64,000 nt of DNA from NCBI RefSeq assembly GCF_003991155.1, contig NZ_CP031293.1; one strand, given 5' to 3'. Every line of letters begins with the position of its first letter. The first letter of the stretch is position 1. The position numbers and the translations under genes are program-made. The stretch comes from Escherichia coli. Lineage in GTDB: Bacteria > Pseudomonadota > Gammaproteobacteria > Enterobacterales > Enterobacteriaceae. Of this stretch, positions 1-17,116 are shown piece after piece. The notes under the pieces were generated by a model, which saw only the letters and a list, made by a program, of their open reading frames with translations, searched no databases and had not been told where the DNA came from.

Positions 1-940
1 GCCGCCGTTACGGGCAGAGATAATATCGGCAGATTTTTCTTTGGCTAACGCAGCAAAATCACCGCCTTTATTCAGCTCATCAAGTACCGCTTTCGCTTCA
101 TCTTCAGTTTTGGTCTGGATGATGCTGTAGCGGGTACGCTGCGGCTGGGTGAATTGATCCTGATGCTGATCGTAGTAGCTCTGGATATCCGCATCGCTAA
201 CCGGTTGCTGCATCGTTGCGGCATCCAGCTTGATGTAACTCACGCGGAATTGTTCCGGCGTCATGAAATTGTTTTTGTTTTGTTCGTAGTAGCTGGCAAT
301 TTCCTGTTCGGTCACAGGCTGCTTCGCCGCCAGCGCGTTAACATCGATAGTCGCTTCACGTACCACGCGTTGTTGAGCTACCAGTGCCGCCAGCTCGTCG
401 GTTTCACCTTTCAGCATAAAATCGGTACCGGCAACGCCGTTAATCAGCTGTTGGGTAGTGAGCTGGTTACGTAGCGCCTGGGCGTACTGATCGGCGGTCA
501 TCCCCATCTGGTTGAGGATACCGTTATAGCGGCTGTTATCAAATTTGCCGTCAACCTGGAAGGCTGGGGTCGCGAAAATCGCCTGTTTAACCTGCTCATC
601 ACTGATACCCAGTTTCAGCTCACGAGCGTACTGATCCAGAAGCGCCTCGTCGATCAGACGATTCAGCACCTGTTGACGCAGGGTTTTCATATAGCCTTCG
701 TTCGCTGCAAGCTCAGAGTATTGATCGCCCAGCTGTTGCTGCATGCGATTACGCTCGCTGTTGAAGGCATTCTCGAACTGCCCACGGCTGATTTCCTGGT
801 CATTCACTTTTGCGGCGTAGTTATTGCCTCCGCCAATCAGGTAACCACTCACGCCGGTCAATATGAACGACACGATAATGATACCGAAAATAATCTTGAG
901 CACGAGACTGTTTGCAGCCGTGCGTAAGCTGTCCATCATG
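1..940 (-). CDS. ppiD: Periplasmic chaperone/peptidyl-prolyl isomerase PpiD, N-terminal part (gene runs off the window start)
   Basis: Minus-strand ATG at 940 (reverse complement of gtccatcat) gives MMDSLRTAANSLVLKIIFGIIIVSF..., a membrane-anchored N-terminus recognised as PpiD; open frame continues to position 1. Confidence 0.8.
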
Positions 941-1130
941 GTGTAACAACACTCCGCTGTAGATGACTGTGTACCTCACGCAACGTATCGATGCGCGCAA
1001 AGGCCTATTGTGACAAGAAACGGGGGCAATTGTCAGCCCACAAGACGCAGAAAGTCACCGATTACAAATAAAAAAGGCACATCAGTAGATGCGCCCTTGA
1101 ACTTCGTCACATCCCCACTGGGGACAACGC

Positions 1131-1403
1131 TTAGTTTACCGCGTCTTTCAGTGCTTTACCTGCACGGAAGCTCGGTACTTTAGCGGCAGCGATGGTGATC
1201 TCTTTACCGGTCTGCGGGTTGCGGCCAGTACGGGCAGCACGCTCTTTAACGGCAAAAGTACCAAAACCTACCAGTGCTACATCATCCCCTTCTTTCAGAG
1301 ATTCAGTTACGGAAGCAATAATAGCATCTAACGCACGGCCAGCCGCAGCTTTAGAGATATCAGCCCCTGCAGCAATCTTGTCGATCAATTGAGATTTATT
1401 CAC
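1131..1403 (-). CDS. hupB: DNA-binding protein HU-beta
   Basis: 90-aa [93 protein letters not shown], recognised as HU-beta. Confidence 0.95.
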
Positions 1404-1540
1404 TCTTCTCTTCCTCTTTATAATTTATATCGCACTTGAATCCTTCAAGGTACGAACGCGCAGCAGTTATATCAGGCCAGCCATCCCCTTACAACACCCC
1501 TTAATAAGGGCAAGCCCAATCCGCCATCTAACTTAGCGAG

Positions 1541-1588
1541 ACAAAAAAAGGCTGGCAAGTCCGAATTAGCCTGCCAGCCCAGTTTTTA
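1541..1588 (-). terminator. Intrinsic terminator-like hairpin downstream of lon (A-tract, GC stem, T-tract; potentially bidirectional)
   Basis: acaaaaaaaggctggcaagtccgaattagcctgccagcccagttttta: stem ggctggca/tgccagcc flanked by an A-run and a T-run, just 3' of the lon stop. Confidence 0.6.
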
Positions 1589-1611
1589 TTAGTGCATTTT
1601 GCGCGAGGTCA

Positions 1612-3966
1612 CTATTTTGCAGTCACAACCTGCATGCCAGACGGTTCATTTTGCAGCGCCAGAGTCAGAACTTCCTCAATGCGTTTCACAGGATGAATAT
1701 CCAGATCGGCAATTACGTTGTCAGGAATCTCTTCCAGATCGCGTTTATTTTCGAACGGAATTAACACTGTTTTAATCCCGCCGCGATGCGCTGCCAGTAG
1801 TTTTTCTTTCAAACCACCGATAGGCAGTACCTGACCACGCAGAGTGATCTCACCGGTCATTGCCACATCGGCACGAACCGGGTTACCGGTCAGGCAAGAA
1901 ACCAGCGCGGTGCACATAGCAATACCGGCACTCGGACCATCTTTCGGCGTCGCACCTTCCGGTACGTGGACGTGGATGTCGCGTTTTTCATAAAAATCAG
2001 GGTTGATCCCCAGTTTTTCCGCACGCGCACGAACCACCGTTAACGCCGCCTGAATGGACTCCTGCATCACTTCGCCAAGCGATCCGGTATAGGTCAGTTT
2101 GCCTTTACCCGGAACGCACGCGGTTTCAATGGTCAGCAAGTCACCGCCCACTTCCGTCCACGCCAGACCAGTTACCTGACCGACACGGTTTTCGTTATCC
2201 GCGCGACCATAGTCGAAACGCTGAACACCGAGATAGTCATGCAGGTTATCGCCGTTAATTTCGATATGTTTTAATGACTTATCGAGCAGTAACTGCTTAA
2301 CCGCTTTGCGACACAGTTTGGAGATTTCACGCTCCAGACCACGCACGCCCGCCTCACGGGTGTAGTAACGAATAATGCCGATAATGGCGCTATCGTCGAC
2401 GGTCAGCTCACCTTTTTTCAGTGCATTACGTTCAATCTGCTTCGGCAGCAGGTGACGTTTGGCGATGTTCAGTTTTTCATCTTCGGTATAACCGGAGAGG
2501 CGAATCACTTCCATACGATCCAGCAGCGGTGCCGGAATGTTCATGGAGTTCGACGTCGCGACAAACATCACGTCGCTAAGGTCGTAATCCACTTCCAGGT
2601 AGTGGTCGCTGAACGCTACGTTCTGCTCTGGATCCAGCACTTCAAGCAGTGCGGAAGCCGGATCGCCTCGCATGTCAGAAGACATTTTGTCGATCTCATC
2701 GAGCAGGAACAGCGGGTTTTTCACGCCCACTTTCGCCATTTTCTGGATCAGTTTACCCGGCATAGAACCGATGTAAGTACGGCGGTGACCACGGATTTCC
2801 GCTTCATCACGCACGCCGCCCAGCGCCATACGGACATATTTACGCCCGGTGGCTTTGGCGATGGACTGCCCCAGGGACGTTTTACCTACCCCCGGTGGCC
2901 CTACCAGGCAGAGGATCGGTCCCTTGATTTTGTTGACACGGCTTTGAACCGCAAGATACTCAAGGATGCGATCTTTCACGCGCTCCAGACCATAATGGTC
3001 GGTATCAAGGATTTCCTGCGCCTGACGCAGGTCTTTTTTGACCTTGCTACGCGCATTCCACGGTACCTGTACCATCCAGTCGATATAACCACGCACTACG
3101 GTCGCTTCTGCCGACATCGGAGACATCATTTTCAGCTTCTGCAACTCTGCTTCCGCTTTCTCTTTTGCCTCTTTCGGCATTTTCGCCGCGTCGATTTTGC
3201 GCTTCAGGGCTTCGTTTTCGTCCGGCGCGTCGTCCATTTCACCGAGTTCTTTCTGAATAGCTTTCATTTGCTCGTTCAGATAGTACTCACGCTGGGATTT
3301 CTCCATCTGCTTTTTAACACGGTTGCGAATGCGTTTCTCAACCTGCAGCAGATCGATTTCCGATTCCATCATTGCCATCAGATATTCCAGACGTTCGTTA
3401 ACGTCGGACATCTCCAGAACGGACTGTTTGTCAGCCAGTTTCAGCGGCATATGTGCAGCAATGGTATCCGCCAGACGCGCCGGATCGTCGATGCTATTCA
3501 GCGACGTCAGCACTTCTGGTGGAATTTTTTTGTTCAGCTTGATGTAGCCTTCGAACTGGCTGATTGCAGTACGCACCAGCACTTCCTGTTCCCGCTCATC
3601 AATGGTCGGCGACTCCAGATACTCCGCCTTCGCAGAAAAGTGTTCGCCATTGTCAGAGAGCGCAGAAATACGCGCGCGCTGTAACCCCTCGACCAGCACT
3701 TTGACGGTGCCGTCAGGCAGTTTCAGCATCTGCAATATAGAGGCCACGGTCCCGACGGTGAAAAGATCGTTTACACCCGGCTCATCCGTTGAAGCTTCTT
3801 TCTGCGCGACCAGCATAATTTTTTTATCATGGTCCATCGCCGCTTCCAGACAACGGATAGATTTTTCCCGCCCGACAAATAAGGGGATGACCATGTGCGG
3901 ATAAACCACCACATCGCGCAGCGGCAATACGGGGATTTCAATGCGTTCAGAACGCTCAGGATTCAT
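1612..3966 (-). CDS. lon: ATP-dependent Lon protease
   Basis: ORF 1612..4011; recognised Lon N-terminus [28 protein letters not shown] begins 15 codons inside the ORF, so start set to 3966. Walker [10 protein letters not shown] and the serine-protease DGPSAG motif are present. Confidence 0.95.
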   Translation of the reverse strand: MNPERSERIEIPVLPLRDVVVYPHMVIPLFVGREKSIRCLEAAMDHDKKIMLVAQKEASTDEPGVNDLFTVGTVASILQMLKLPDGTVKVLVEGLQRARISALSDNGEHFSAKAEYLESPTIDEREQEVLVRTAISQFEGYIKLNKKIPPEVLTSLNSIDDPARLADTIAAHMPLKLADKQSVLEMSDVNERLEYLMAMMESEIDLLQVEKRIRNRVKKQMEKSQREYYLNEQMKAIQKELGEMDDAPDENEALKRKIDAAKMPKEAKEKAEAELQKLKMMSPMSAEATVVRGYIDWMVQVPWNARSKVKKDLRQAQEILDTDHYGLERVKDRILEYLAVQSRVNKIKGPILCLVGPPGVGKTSLGQSIAKATGRKYVRMALGGVRDEAEIRGHRRTYIGSMPGKLIQKMAKVGVKNPLFLLDEIDKMSSDMRGDPASALLEVLDPEQNVAFSDHYLEVDYDLSDVMFVATSNSMNIPAPLLDRMEVIRLSGYTEDEKLNIAKRHLLPKQIERNALKKGELTVDDSAIIGIIRYYTREAGVRGLEREISKLCRKAVKQLLLDKSLKHIEINGDNLHDYLGVQRFDYGRADNENRVGQVTGLAWTEVGGDLLTIETACVPGKGKLTYTGSLGEVMQESIQAALTVVRARAEKLGINPDFYEKRDIHVHVPEGATPKDGPSAGIAMCTALVSCLTGNPVRADVAMTGEITLRGQVLPIGGLKEKLLAAHRGGIKTVLIPFENKRDLEEIPDNVIADLDIHPVKRIEEVLTLALQNEPSGMQVVTAK

Positions 3967-4153
3967 AGAGCTCTCTCTTAGTTTAATTTCCGCCAGGTAA
4001 TCAGATGACACGACTGTGCTTCACGCCATCTATTAACATGTACGTCAGTATATGGGGATGTTTCCCCCACATTCAACGCCGAGAATAGAGGAAAAATTAA
4101 AGGGGAGATAAAATCCCCCCTTTTTGGTTAACTAATTGTATGGGAATGGTTAA

Positions 4154-5428
4154 TTATTCACCAGATGCCTGTTGCGCTTCCGGCTTGCCATAAATCAGCA
4201 ACGGCTTGCTTTGACCATCAATTACCGATTCGTCGATAACCACTTTTTCGACGTCTTCCATGGACGGCAGATCGTACATGGTATCGAGCAGTGCGGCTTC
4301 TACGATGGAACGCAGGCCACGGGCACCGGTTTTACGCGCCATCGCTTTCTTAGCGATAGCATCCAGCGCCTCGTCACGGAATTCCAGATCCACGCCTTCC
4401 AGATTAAACAGCGCCTGATACTGCTTGGTCAGGGCGTTTTTCGGCTCTTTGAGGATCTGAATCAGAGCTTCTTCGCTCAGTTCATTCAACGTTGCGACAA
4501 CCGGCAGACGACCAATGAACTCAGGGATCAGACCAAACTTGATCAGATCTTCCGGTTCAACCTGCGCCAGCAGTTCACCTTCGCTTGCTTTGTCGGACTT
4601 CGCTTTTACCGTCGCGCCAAAACCAATGCCGGAACCGGTTTCTACACGATGGGAAATCACTTTATCCAGACCGGCAAACGCACCGCCACAGATAAACAGG
4701 ATCTTAGAGGTATCAACCTGCAAGAATTCCTGCTGCGGATGTTTACGCCCACCTTGCGGCGGAACAGCAGCTACCGTACCTTCGATCAGTTTTAACAGTG
4801 CCTGCTGTACGCCTTCACCGGAAACGTCTCGGGTAATGGACGGGTTGTCTGACTTACGAGAAATCTTGTCAATTTCATCGATGTAGACAATCCCGCGCTG
4901 CGCTTTCTGTACGTCGTAATCGCACTTCTGCAACAGCTTCTGAATGATGTTTTCAACGTCTTCGCCCACATAACCGGCTTCGGTCAGCGTGGTTGCGTCA
5001 GCCATGGTGAACGGAACGTCCAGCAGGCGCGCCAGCGTTTCGGCCAGCAGCGTTTTACCGGAACCGGTCGGACCGATCAGCAGAATGTTACTTTTGCCCA
5101 ACTCGACGCCATTGCTGGTATCTCCGTTGCGCAGACGTTTGTAGTGGTTGTATACCGCGACCGCCAGCACTTTTTTCGCCTGTTCCTGACCGATAACGTA
5201 ATCGTCCAGGTGGTTGCGAATTTCATGCGGCGTCGGTAGCGCACTGCGTTCACGATGCGGTGCAACTTCTTTAATCTCTTCGCGAATGATGTCGTTACAT
5301 AAATCAACACATTCGTCGCAGATATACACGGATGGACCGGCAATCAGCTTGCGCACTTCATGCTGGCTTTTGCCGCAAAAAGAGCAATACAGCAATTTGC
5401 CTGAGCCATCTTTGCGTTTATCTGTCAT
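4154..5428 (-). CDS. clpX: ATP-dependent Clp protease ATP-binding subunit ClpX
   Basis: 424 aa; N-terminal zinc-binding CSFCGKSQ...CDEC and AAA+ Walker A GPTGSGKT. Confidence 0.95.
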
Positions 5429-5553
5429 GGGTCAAAACCTCTTCTTTGTTCTTTGTGCCGCACACGACGACGCAAATGCCATTCTCAGGCGCAAGCCGCT
5501 TACAGCGTTGTGCCGCCCTGGATAAGTATAGCGGCACAGTTGCGCCTCTGGCA

Positions 5554-6177
5554 TCAATTACGATGGGTCAGAATCGAATCGACCAGACCGTATTCCACCG
5601 CTTCAGGGGCGGAAAGGAAGCGATCGCGCTCGGTATCACGTTCAATCTGTTCTAATGATTGACCCGTATGAAGCGCCATAAGTTCATTCATGCGCCCTTT
5701 AACTTTCAGAATTTCACGGGCATGAATTTCGATATCGGTCGCCTGGCCCTGGTAGCCGCCCAACGGCTGGTGAATCATCACGCGCGAATTCGGCAGGCAG
5801 AAACGTTTACCTTTTGCCCCTGCAGTCAGCAAGAAAGCGCCCATCGAGGCCGCCTGGCCCATACAGATGGTGCTGACATCAGGCTTGATAAACTGCATGG
5901 TGTCATAGATAGACATCCCGGCAGTAATCACCCCGCCTGGAGAGTTAATGTACAGATAGATATCTTTTTCTGGGTTTTCTGCTTCCAGGAACAGCATCTG
6001 CGCCACAATCAGGTTAGCCATGTGGTCTTCAACCTGGCCAGTCAGAAAAATGACGCGTTCCTTAAGTAGACGAGAATAGATATCAAAAGAGCGCTCACCT
6101 CGTGAGGTCTGTTCAATGACCATCGGCACCAGCGCCATATGGGGTGCAAAGTTATCTCGTTCGCCGCTGTATGACAT
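5554..6177 (-). CDS. clpP: ATP-dependent Clp protease proteolytic subunit ClpP
   Basis: 207 aa [83 protein letters not shown]..., recognised as ClpP. Confidence 0.95.
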   Translation of the reverse strand: MSYSGERDNFAPHMALVPMVIEQTSRGERSFDIYSRLLKERVIFLTGQVEDHMANLIVAQMLFLEAENPEKDIYLYINSPGGVITAGMSIYDTMQFIKPDVSTICMGQAASMGAFLLTAGAKGKRFCLPNSRVMIHQPLGGYQGQATDIEIHAREILKVKGRMNELMALHTGQSLEQIERDTERDRFLSAPEAVEYGLVDSILTHRN

Positions 6178-6422
6178 TTCCGTCTCCTGGATAAAATTGA
6201 AAAAACCTGCTGTACCGATTGTAACCTTATGGACGGATTATCAGCTAGTCCCTGTGTTATGGGTACGGCATCACCATATTTCAAGCATAACAATCTTTTG
6301 TTGTTACGCTAACACCGAAAGAGGCTTTTCGCACGGTTCCATGCAAAATTCATGACAAAAAAAAGCCCACCACCTGGCGGTGACGGGCCTTTGTGCGAAT
6401 TTAGCGCGTTATGCTGCGTAAA

Positions 6423-7730
<1,308 letters not shown>

Positions 7731-8064
7731 TCAAAAAATCACAGTGCTCGGTCAACTCTTACCCCGCAAGCACAGGTTGTTGGCTTCGCGGAACCGGGAT
7801 GTTCTTATAATCAATCACATTCCCTGTTACCAGAATCATCCCGAAAGCATTCAAATAGGACGCGGCATTATAGCGGCATCACTTTTATGAGTCGAGAACG
7901 GTTATTGCGCGCTGTCGCGTATTTTTTCACAATTCCCGGGCAATTTTCGTCTGAATGCTGGGCAAAAAGCGCAAAATCCAGACAAAACAAAACGGCCCGC
8001 AGGCCGTTTTTCATAAAATCTTTAGCAACATACTGGAAAAGCGCCGACAGTTGCAAATGCGTTT

Positions 8065-8382
8065 TTACGCGATGCTTCCTGCTCCACGACAGGGAGGAGA
8101 GGCAAAGACGGTATCCTGCAACCCTTCCCACTCCTTAATAGTGTAAGTATGCAGAGCCAGCGCATGAACGGTAGTAGAGAGTTCCTCCGCTAAAGTACTG
8201 TAAATCATTCGATGACGATTCAGAAAACGTTCACCCGTAAAACGATCGCTGACCAGCACAACTTTAAAATGGCTTTCAGAGCCGGCTGGGACATTGTGAC
8301 GATAGCTTTCATCCACTACTTCGAGGAATACGGGTTGGAACGCCGCCCTTAATTTTTCTTCTATCCGCTCACGTATCATCAT
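8065..8382 (-). CDS. bolA: Stress-induced morphogene / transcriptional regulator BolA
   Basis: ORF 8065..8415; BolA sequence starts at the internal [51 protein letters not shown]; start trimmed to 8382. Confidence 0.85.
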
Positions 8383-8686
8383 GAAATATCTCCTCCGACA
8401 ACGCTGAGATGTCATCCATCCCTTTAAATACTAGCCGCTTTTACCGTTTCCATTGCAGCTTAACAACAAATATTTAGGTTTCGTCCTGGTTTTTCCGTCA
8501 AGCGTATGAAGTTTACTGATTTAAAGATTGAAACACAGGCCTCGCATCAGCGTTTCTTTTACCAGGGGCGATTATTTCGTCAACATGATGAATTTACATG
8601 CCTTACCCACTTCCCCTCGCCGTTGGCAATGTTATGATGGCGGGAATTTTTACCAAACACGCTTAAGAGTCTCTGAGAGCCCGAAC

Positions 8687-9265
8687 ATGTTCAAAAAAAT
8701 CCTCTTCCCGTTAGTTGCTCTGTTTATGCTTGCAGGATGCGCAAAACCGCCAACAACTATTGAAGTTTCACCGACGATAACACTGCCACAGCAGGATCCA
8801 AGCCTGATGGGCGTCACCGTAAGCATTAATGGTGCCGATCAGCGTACCGATCAGGCGCTGGCAAAAGTCACCCGCGATAATCAAATCGTTACCCTGACCG
8901 CCTCCCGCGATCTGCGTTTCCTGCTGCAAGAAGTGCTGGAAAAACAGATGACCGCGCGTGGTTACATGGTTGGTCCGAATGGCCCGGTTAATCTGCAAAT
9001 CATCGTTAGCCAACTGTATGCTGACGTGTCCCAGGGCAACGTGCGCTATAACATCGCCACCAAAGCGGATATCGCTATCATCGCTACCGCGCAGAATGGC
9101 AACAAAATGACCAAAAACTATCGTGCCAGCTACAACGTTGAAGGTGCGTTCCAGGCCTCCAACAAAAATATCGCCGATGCGGTTAACAGTGTGCTGACCG
9201 ATACCATCGCTGATATGTCTCAGGACACCAGCATCCACGAATTCATCAAGCAGAACGCGCGTTAA
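8687..9265 (+). CDS. yajG: Lipoprotein YajG
   Basis: ORF 8528..9265; lipoprotein signal with lipobox MFKKILFPLVALFMLAGC begins at 8687. Confidence 0.85.
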   Translation: MFKKILFPLVALFMLAGCAKPPTTIEVSPTITLPQQDPSLMGVTVSINGADQRTDQALAKVTRDNQIVTLTASRDLRFLLQEVLEKQMTARGYMVGPNGPVNLQIIVSQLYADVSQGNVRYNIATKADIAIIATAQNGNKMTKNYRASYNVEGAFQASNKNIADAVNSVLTDTIADMSQDTSIHEFIKQNAR

Positions 9266-9308
9266 TTTCTGCCCTCTGGCCCGGTGCAAGCCGGGCCTGT
9301 AGACGCCC

Positions 9309-10784
9309 ATGTCCAGTCAATATTTACGTATTTTTCAACAGCCGCGTTCAGCCATATTGCTGATCCTGGGTTTTGCTTCCGGGCTACCGCTCGCCCTGAC
9401 GTCCGGCACCTTACAGGCCTGGATGACGGTCGAGAATATCGATCTCAAAACCATTGGTTTCTTCTCTCTGGTAGGCCAGGCTTACGTTTTTAAATTCCTC
9501 TGGTCACCACTGATGGACCGCTACACGCCCCCATTTTTCGGGCGGCGGCGCGGTTGGCTGCTCGCCACGCAAATTCTGTTATTAGTCGCCATTGCGGCGA
9601 TGGGTTTTCTCGAACCAGGCACCCAGCTCCGCTGGATGGCGGCACTGGCGGTGGTGATCGCTTTTTGCTCTGCCTCCCAGGATATTGTCTTCGATGCGTG
9701 GAAAACCGATGTGCTCCCGGCAGAAGAACGTGGTGCGGGCGCGGCAATCAGCGTGCTGGGTTACCGTTTAGGGATGCTGGTTTCCGGCGGCTTAGCCCTG
9801 TGGCTGGCAGATAAATGGCTGGGCTGGCAGGGCATGTACTGGTTGATGGCGGCGCTGTTGATCCCCTGTATTATCGCGACGTTACTTGCACCAGAACCCA
9901 CCGACACCATTCCTGTGCCCAAAACGCTGGAACAAGCGGTTGTTGCACCTCTGCGCGATTTCTTTGGTCGCAATAATGCCTGGCTTATTTTGCTTCTTAT
10001 CGTGCTGTATAAGCTGGGCGACGCATTCGCTATGAGCCTGACAACCACGTTTTTGATTCGTGGCGTCGGGTTTGATGCGGGTGAAGTAGGCGTGGTTAAC
10101 AAAACGCTTGGCTTACTGGCGACCATTGTTGGCGCATTGTACGGTGGGATTTTGATGCAGCGCCTGTCGCTGTTCCGTGCACTGCTGATTTTCGGCATTT
10201 TACAAGGTGCATCTAACGCCGGTTACTGGCTGCTGTCGATTACTGATAAGCATCTCTACAGCATGGGTGCAGCCGTCTTTTTCGAAAACCTCTGTGGCGG
10301 GATGGGTACATCAGCCTTTGTCGCGCTGTTAATGACGCTGTGTAATAAGTCATTTTCCGCTACTCAATTTGCCCTGCTCTCAGCGCTTTCTGCTGTAGGG
10401 CGAGTTTATGTCGGCCCCGTGGCGGGTTGGTTTGTTGAAGCACACGGCTGGTCGACATTCTATCTGTTCTCCGTCGCCGCTGCCGTACCAGGGCTTATTT
10501 TACTGCTGATTTGTCGCCAGACGCTTGAATATACACGAGTAAATGACAACTTTATCTCCCGTACCGAATATCCGGCAGGTTATGCCTTTGCCATGTGGAC
10601 ACTGGCGGCGGGCGTCAGCCTGTTGGCCGTGTGGTTACTGCTGTTGACGATGGACGCGCTGGATTTGACGCACTTCTCTTTCCTGCCTGCTCTGCTGGAA
10701 GTCGGGGTTTTAGTCGCCCTTTCTGGCGTCGTGCTTGGTGGTTTACTGGATTATCTGGCGCTACGAAAAACGCATCTGACGTAA
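9309..10784 (+). CDS. ampG: Muropeptide permease AmpG (MFS transporter)
   Basis: 491-aa polytopic membrane protein MSSQYLRIFQQPRSAILLILGFASGLPLALTSGTLQAWM..., recognised as AmpG. Confidence 0.9.
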   Translation: MSSQYLRIFQQPRSAILLILGFASGLPLALTSGTLQAWMTVENIDLKTIGFFSLVGQAYVFKFLWSPLMDRYTPPFFGRRRGWLLATQILLLVAIAAMGFLEPGTQLRWMAALAVVIAFCSASQDIVFDAWKTDVLPAEERGAGAAISVLGYRLGMLVSGGLALWLADKWLGWQGMYWLMAALLIPCIIATLLAPEPTDTIPVPKTLEQAVVAPLRDFFGRNNAWLILLLIVLYKLGDAFAMSLTTTFLIRGVGFDAGEVGVVNKTLGLLATIVGALYGGILMQRLSLFRALLIFGILQGASNAGYWLLSITDKHLYSMGAAVFFENLCGGMGTSAFVALLMTLCNKSFSATQFALLSALSAVGRVYVGPVAGWFVEAHGWSTFYLFSVAAAVPGLILLLICRQTLEYTRVNDNFISRTEYPAGYAFAMWTLAAGVSLLAVWLLLLTMDALDLTHFSFLPALLEVGVLVALSGVVLGGLLDYLALRKTHLT

Positions 10785-11243
10785 TCTGTAAATATTATTT
10801 AGCTGTAGTAATCACTCGCCGTAATTATTACGGCTAAATAAACATCAGCATCGCTTATTAATATTTGTTCTTTTGTGCGGCTTAGCGTCTGGAAATTATT
10901 GACGCTATTTATGAATTCTATTTTTCTTACACGATTCAGCTAATGAGTCTTTATTTTCTCACTACCAAGTTGTCACCTTAATGATAATTATTTGTTAAAT
11001 AATTGTTTTATTTCGCATTGGTTATACCAATTGCCAGCCCAGACTCCTTCTGCACTCCCCTTTTGTTATAACGCCCTTTTGCAACAGCTTCTTAAAATCA
11101 ATCCGATATGTTTTGCAACATATGTGACCTGGAAGCCAAATCCAAGTAACAGGAATTTAATCATGTTTACAGTAATGTAACCTTCCCGTAAAATGCCCAC
11201 ACACTTTAAACGCCACCAGATCCCGTGGAATTGAGGTCGTTAA

Positions 11244-12191
<948 letters not shown>

Positions 12192-12200
12192 AGGGGTTGA

Positions 12201-15137
<2,937 letters not shown>

Positions 15138-15148
15138 GAGCGGCGGTT

Positions 15149-16039
15149 ATGATGTTTAAGCAATACCTGCAAGTAACGAAACCAGGCATCATCTTTGGCA
15201 ACCTGATCTCGGTGATTGGGGGATTCCTGTTGGCCTCAAAGGGCAGCATTGATTATCCCCTGTTTATCTACACGCTGGTTGGGGTGTCACTGGTTGTGGC
15301 GTCGGGTTGTGTGTTTAACAACTACATCGACAGGGATATCGACAGAAAGATGGAAAGGACGAAGAATCGGGTGCTGGTTAAAGGCCTGATCTCTCCTGCT
15401 GTCTCGCTGGTGTACGCCACCTTGCTAGGCTTTGCTGGCTTTATGCTGCTGTGGTTTGGCGCGAATCCGCTGGCCTGCTGGCTGGGGGTGATGGGCTTTG
15501 TGGTTTATGTCGGCGTTTATAGCCTGTACATGAAACGTCATTCTGTCTACGGCACATTGATTGGTTCGCTCTCCGGCGCTGCGCCTCCGGTGATCGGTTA
15601 CTGTGCGGTAACCGGCGAGTTCGATAGCGGCGCAGCGATCCTGCTGGCTATCTTCAGCCTGTGGCAGATGCCTCACTCCTATGCCATCGCCATTTTCCGC
15701 TTTAAGGATTACCAGGCGGCAAACATTCCGGTATTGCCAGTGGTAAAAGGCATTTCGGTGGCGAAGAATCACATCACGCTGTATATCATCGCCTTTGCCG
15801 TTGCCACGCTGATGCTCTCTCTTGGCGGCTACGCTGGGTATAAATATCTGGTGGTCGCCGCTGCGGTGAGCGTCTGGTGGTTAGGCATGGCTCTGCGCGG
15901 CTATAAAGTTGCTGATGATCGAATCTGGGCGCGCAAGCTGTTCGGCTTTTCTATCATCGCCATCACTGCCCTCTCGGTAATGATGTCCGTTGATTTTATG
16001 GTGCCGGACTCGCATACGCTGCTGGCTGCTGTGTGGTAA
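15149..16039 (+). CDS. cyoE: Heme O synthase (protoheme IX farnesyltransferase)
   Basis: ORF 15104..16039; recognised N-terminus [29 protein letters not shown] begins at 15149. Confidence 0.9.
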   Translation: MMFKQYLQVTKPGIIFGNLISVIGGFLLASKGSIDYPLFIYTLVGVSLVVASGCVFNNYIDRDIDRKMERTKNRVLVKGLISPAVSLVYATLLGFAGFMLLWFGANPLACWLGVMGFVVYVGVYSLYMKRHSVYGTLIGSLSGAAPPVIGYCAVTGEFDSGAAILLAIFSLWQMPHSYAIAIFRFKDYQAANIPVLPVVKGISVAKNHITLYIIAFAVATLMLSLGGYAGYKYLVVAAAVSVWWLGMALRGYKVADDRIWARKLFGFSIIAITALSVMMSVDFMVPDSHTLLAAVW

Positions 16040-16054
16040 CACAACCTCTCTATA

Positions 16055-16080
16055 AAAAAGGTGCTACGGCACCTTTTTTA
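16055..16080 (+). terminator. Intrinsic terminator of the cyo operon
   Basis: aaaaaaggtgctacggcacctttttt: perfect 6-bp stem (aggtgc/gcacct), 4-nt loop, A-tract before and T-tract after, 16 nt beyond the cyoE stop. Confidence 0.8.
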
Positions 16081-16092
16081 TTGTCTGAGATC

Positions 16093-16168
16093 AGAGATAC
16101 GGCTAATAACCGTATCTCTTGACAGAGTGAGCATATGCACATAAATTAATCACACGGTTGATAGCCGT
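16093..16168 (+). promoter_or_regulatory. Two related palindromes (ATACGG-N7-CCGTAT type) upstream of the antitoxin gene; candidate operator sites
   Basis: Perfect inverted repeat agagatacgg-ctaataa-ccgtatctct at 16093-16119, and a weaker copy acgg-ttgatag-ccgt at 16154-16168, both within about 130 bp upstream of the ATG at 16224. Confidence 0.4.
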
Positions 16169-16223
16169 ATTATGCATGAGATCGACTCCCTACGATTTCA
16201 TTCAGTTAATCAAAGAGGTCATA

Positions 16224-16535
16224 ATGCCTGGAAAAACAGTCGCTCTACCCGATATCGATAAAACGCTGAAAAATGCGCGGGTTGAACTCAAAACCAGTCC
16301 CGACGCCAAAAACAAACTTCGTGAAGCTGCGCAAGCCGTTGGGGTAGATTTAAGCGCTTTTATTTTGAGCGCAGCTATGGAACGCGCCGAAAGTGTGCTT
16401 GATAACCAACGTCGCCGTGAGCTTTCGAATCAAAGCTGGGAACTGATGAACCAACTCATCGCTGAACCTGCTCAACCGACGCTCGCCCTCAAGGCGTTAA
16501 TGAAAAGGAAAAACAGCGATGGTCGACAAGCATGA
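16224..16535 (+). CDS. DUF1778-family type II antitoxin (TacA/AtaR-like), partner of the downstream GNAT toxin
   Basis: ORF-track frame 16158..16535; I place the start at ATG 16224, preceded by RBS aaagaggt, giving MPGKTVALPDIDKTLKNARVELKTSPDAKNKLREAAQAVGVDLSAFILSAAMERAESVL. Size (about 103 aa) and overlap with the GNAT toxin fit the DUF1778 antitoxin family. Confidence 0.7.
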   Translation: MPGKTVALPDIDKTLKNARVELKTSPDAKNKLREAAQAVGVDLSAFILSAAMERAESVLDNQRRRELSNQSWELMNQLIAEPAQPTLALKALMKRKNSDGRQA

Positions 16536-17061
16536 AGAGATTACTCTGCCCATAGTCCTCTCCTGTAATTATCAGTCTGATATTATTTATCCTGGGCAAA
16601 AACAGTTTGATTGCGGTAACCCTGTTATCGATAAATTTGTACGCGCATCGCTAAAGAAAAGTGTGCGTAATAGCGACTGTGCTGCTAAAGCTCTTATTGA
16701 CAGACAAAGTGGTGAACTGATTGGCATCTGTACTTTTACGGCATATTCGCTGGAAAAACAACGCGTTTCTGGCGTCCTTCAGGGTTCACAACCTTCAGAG
16801 ATTGGTGTTGTCAGATTAGTCATGTTAGGGGTAGCGCGGAAATATCAAAAGCGGGGCTTTGGTCAGGACCTACTATGTAATTTTTTTGAACATGTAAAAA
16901 TAATTCACCGGGCATTACCAATTAAAGGGGTTTATCTTGATGCTGACCCTGCCGCCATTAACTTTTATACTCGCCTCGGCTTTGTTCAGCTTTCAGCGAG
17001 GCCCAATGTTTTCGGTGCTGTACCGATGTTTTTAGCGATTCAGCATATTCTCGCGGCTTAG
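16519..17061 (+). CDS. GNAT-family acetyltransferase toxin (TacT/AtaT/ItaT-like; predicted aminoacyl-tRNA acetyltransferase)
   Basis: 180 aa, ATG at 16519 overlapping the antitoxin 3' end by 17 nt; FDCG motif near the N-terminus and GNAT acetyl-CoA motif QKRGFGQDLL. Confidence 0.7.
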   Translation: MVDKHEEITLPIVLSCNYQSDIIYPGQKQFDCGNPVIDKFVRASLKKSVRNSDCAAKALIDRQSGELIGICTFTAYSLEKQRVSGVLQGSQPSEIGVVRLVMLGVARKYQKRGFGQDLLCNFFEHVKIIHRALPIKGVYLDADPAAINFYTRLGFVQLSARPNVFGAVPMFLAIQHILAA

Positions 17062-17116
17062 ATTATTATCGCCTCCGGCCAGGGCTAGTTTTGCCTCAGC
17101 CGGGGACTGAGCAGCG

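Noticed and set aside
2452-3684. 410-aa plus-strand ORF inside lon
   Set aside because: Lies entirely antisense to the lon coding sequence and gives a low-complexity His/Arg/Phe-rich translation; typical shadow ORF of a GC-rich gene.
10785-11243. AT-rich 460-bp interval between ampG and cyoA, with a 62-aa ORF at 10992..11180, considered as a possible inserted element
   Set aside because: The position matches the expected long regulatory region of the cyo operon; the small ORF has no RBS context or recognisable product. Treated as a promoter region, not an insertion.
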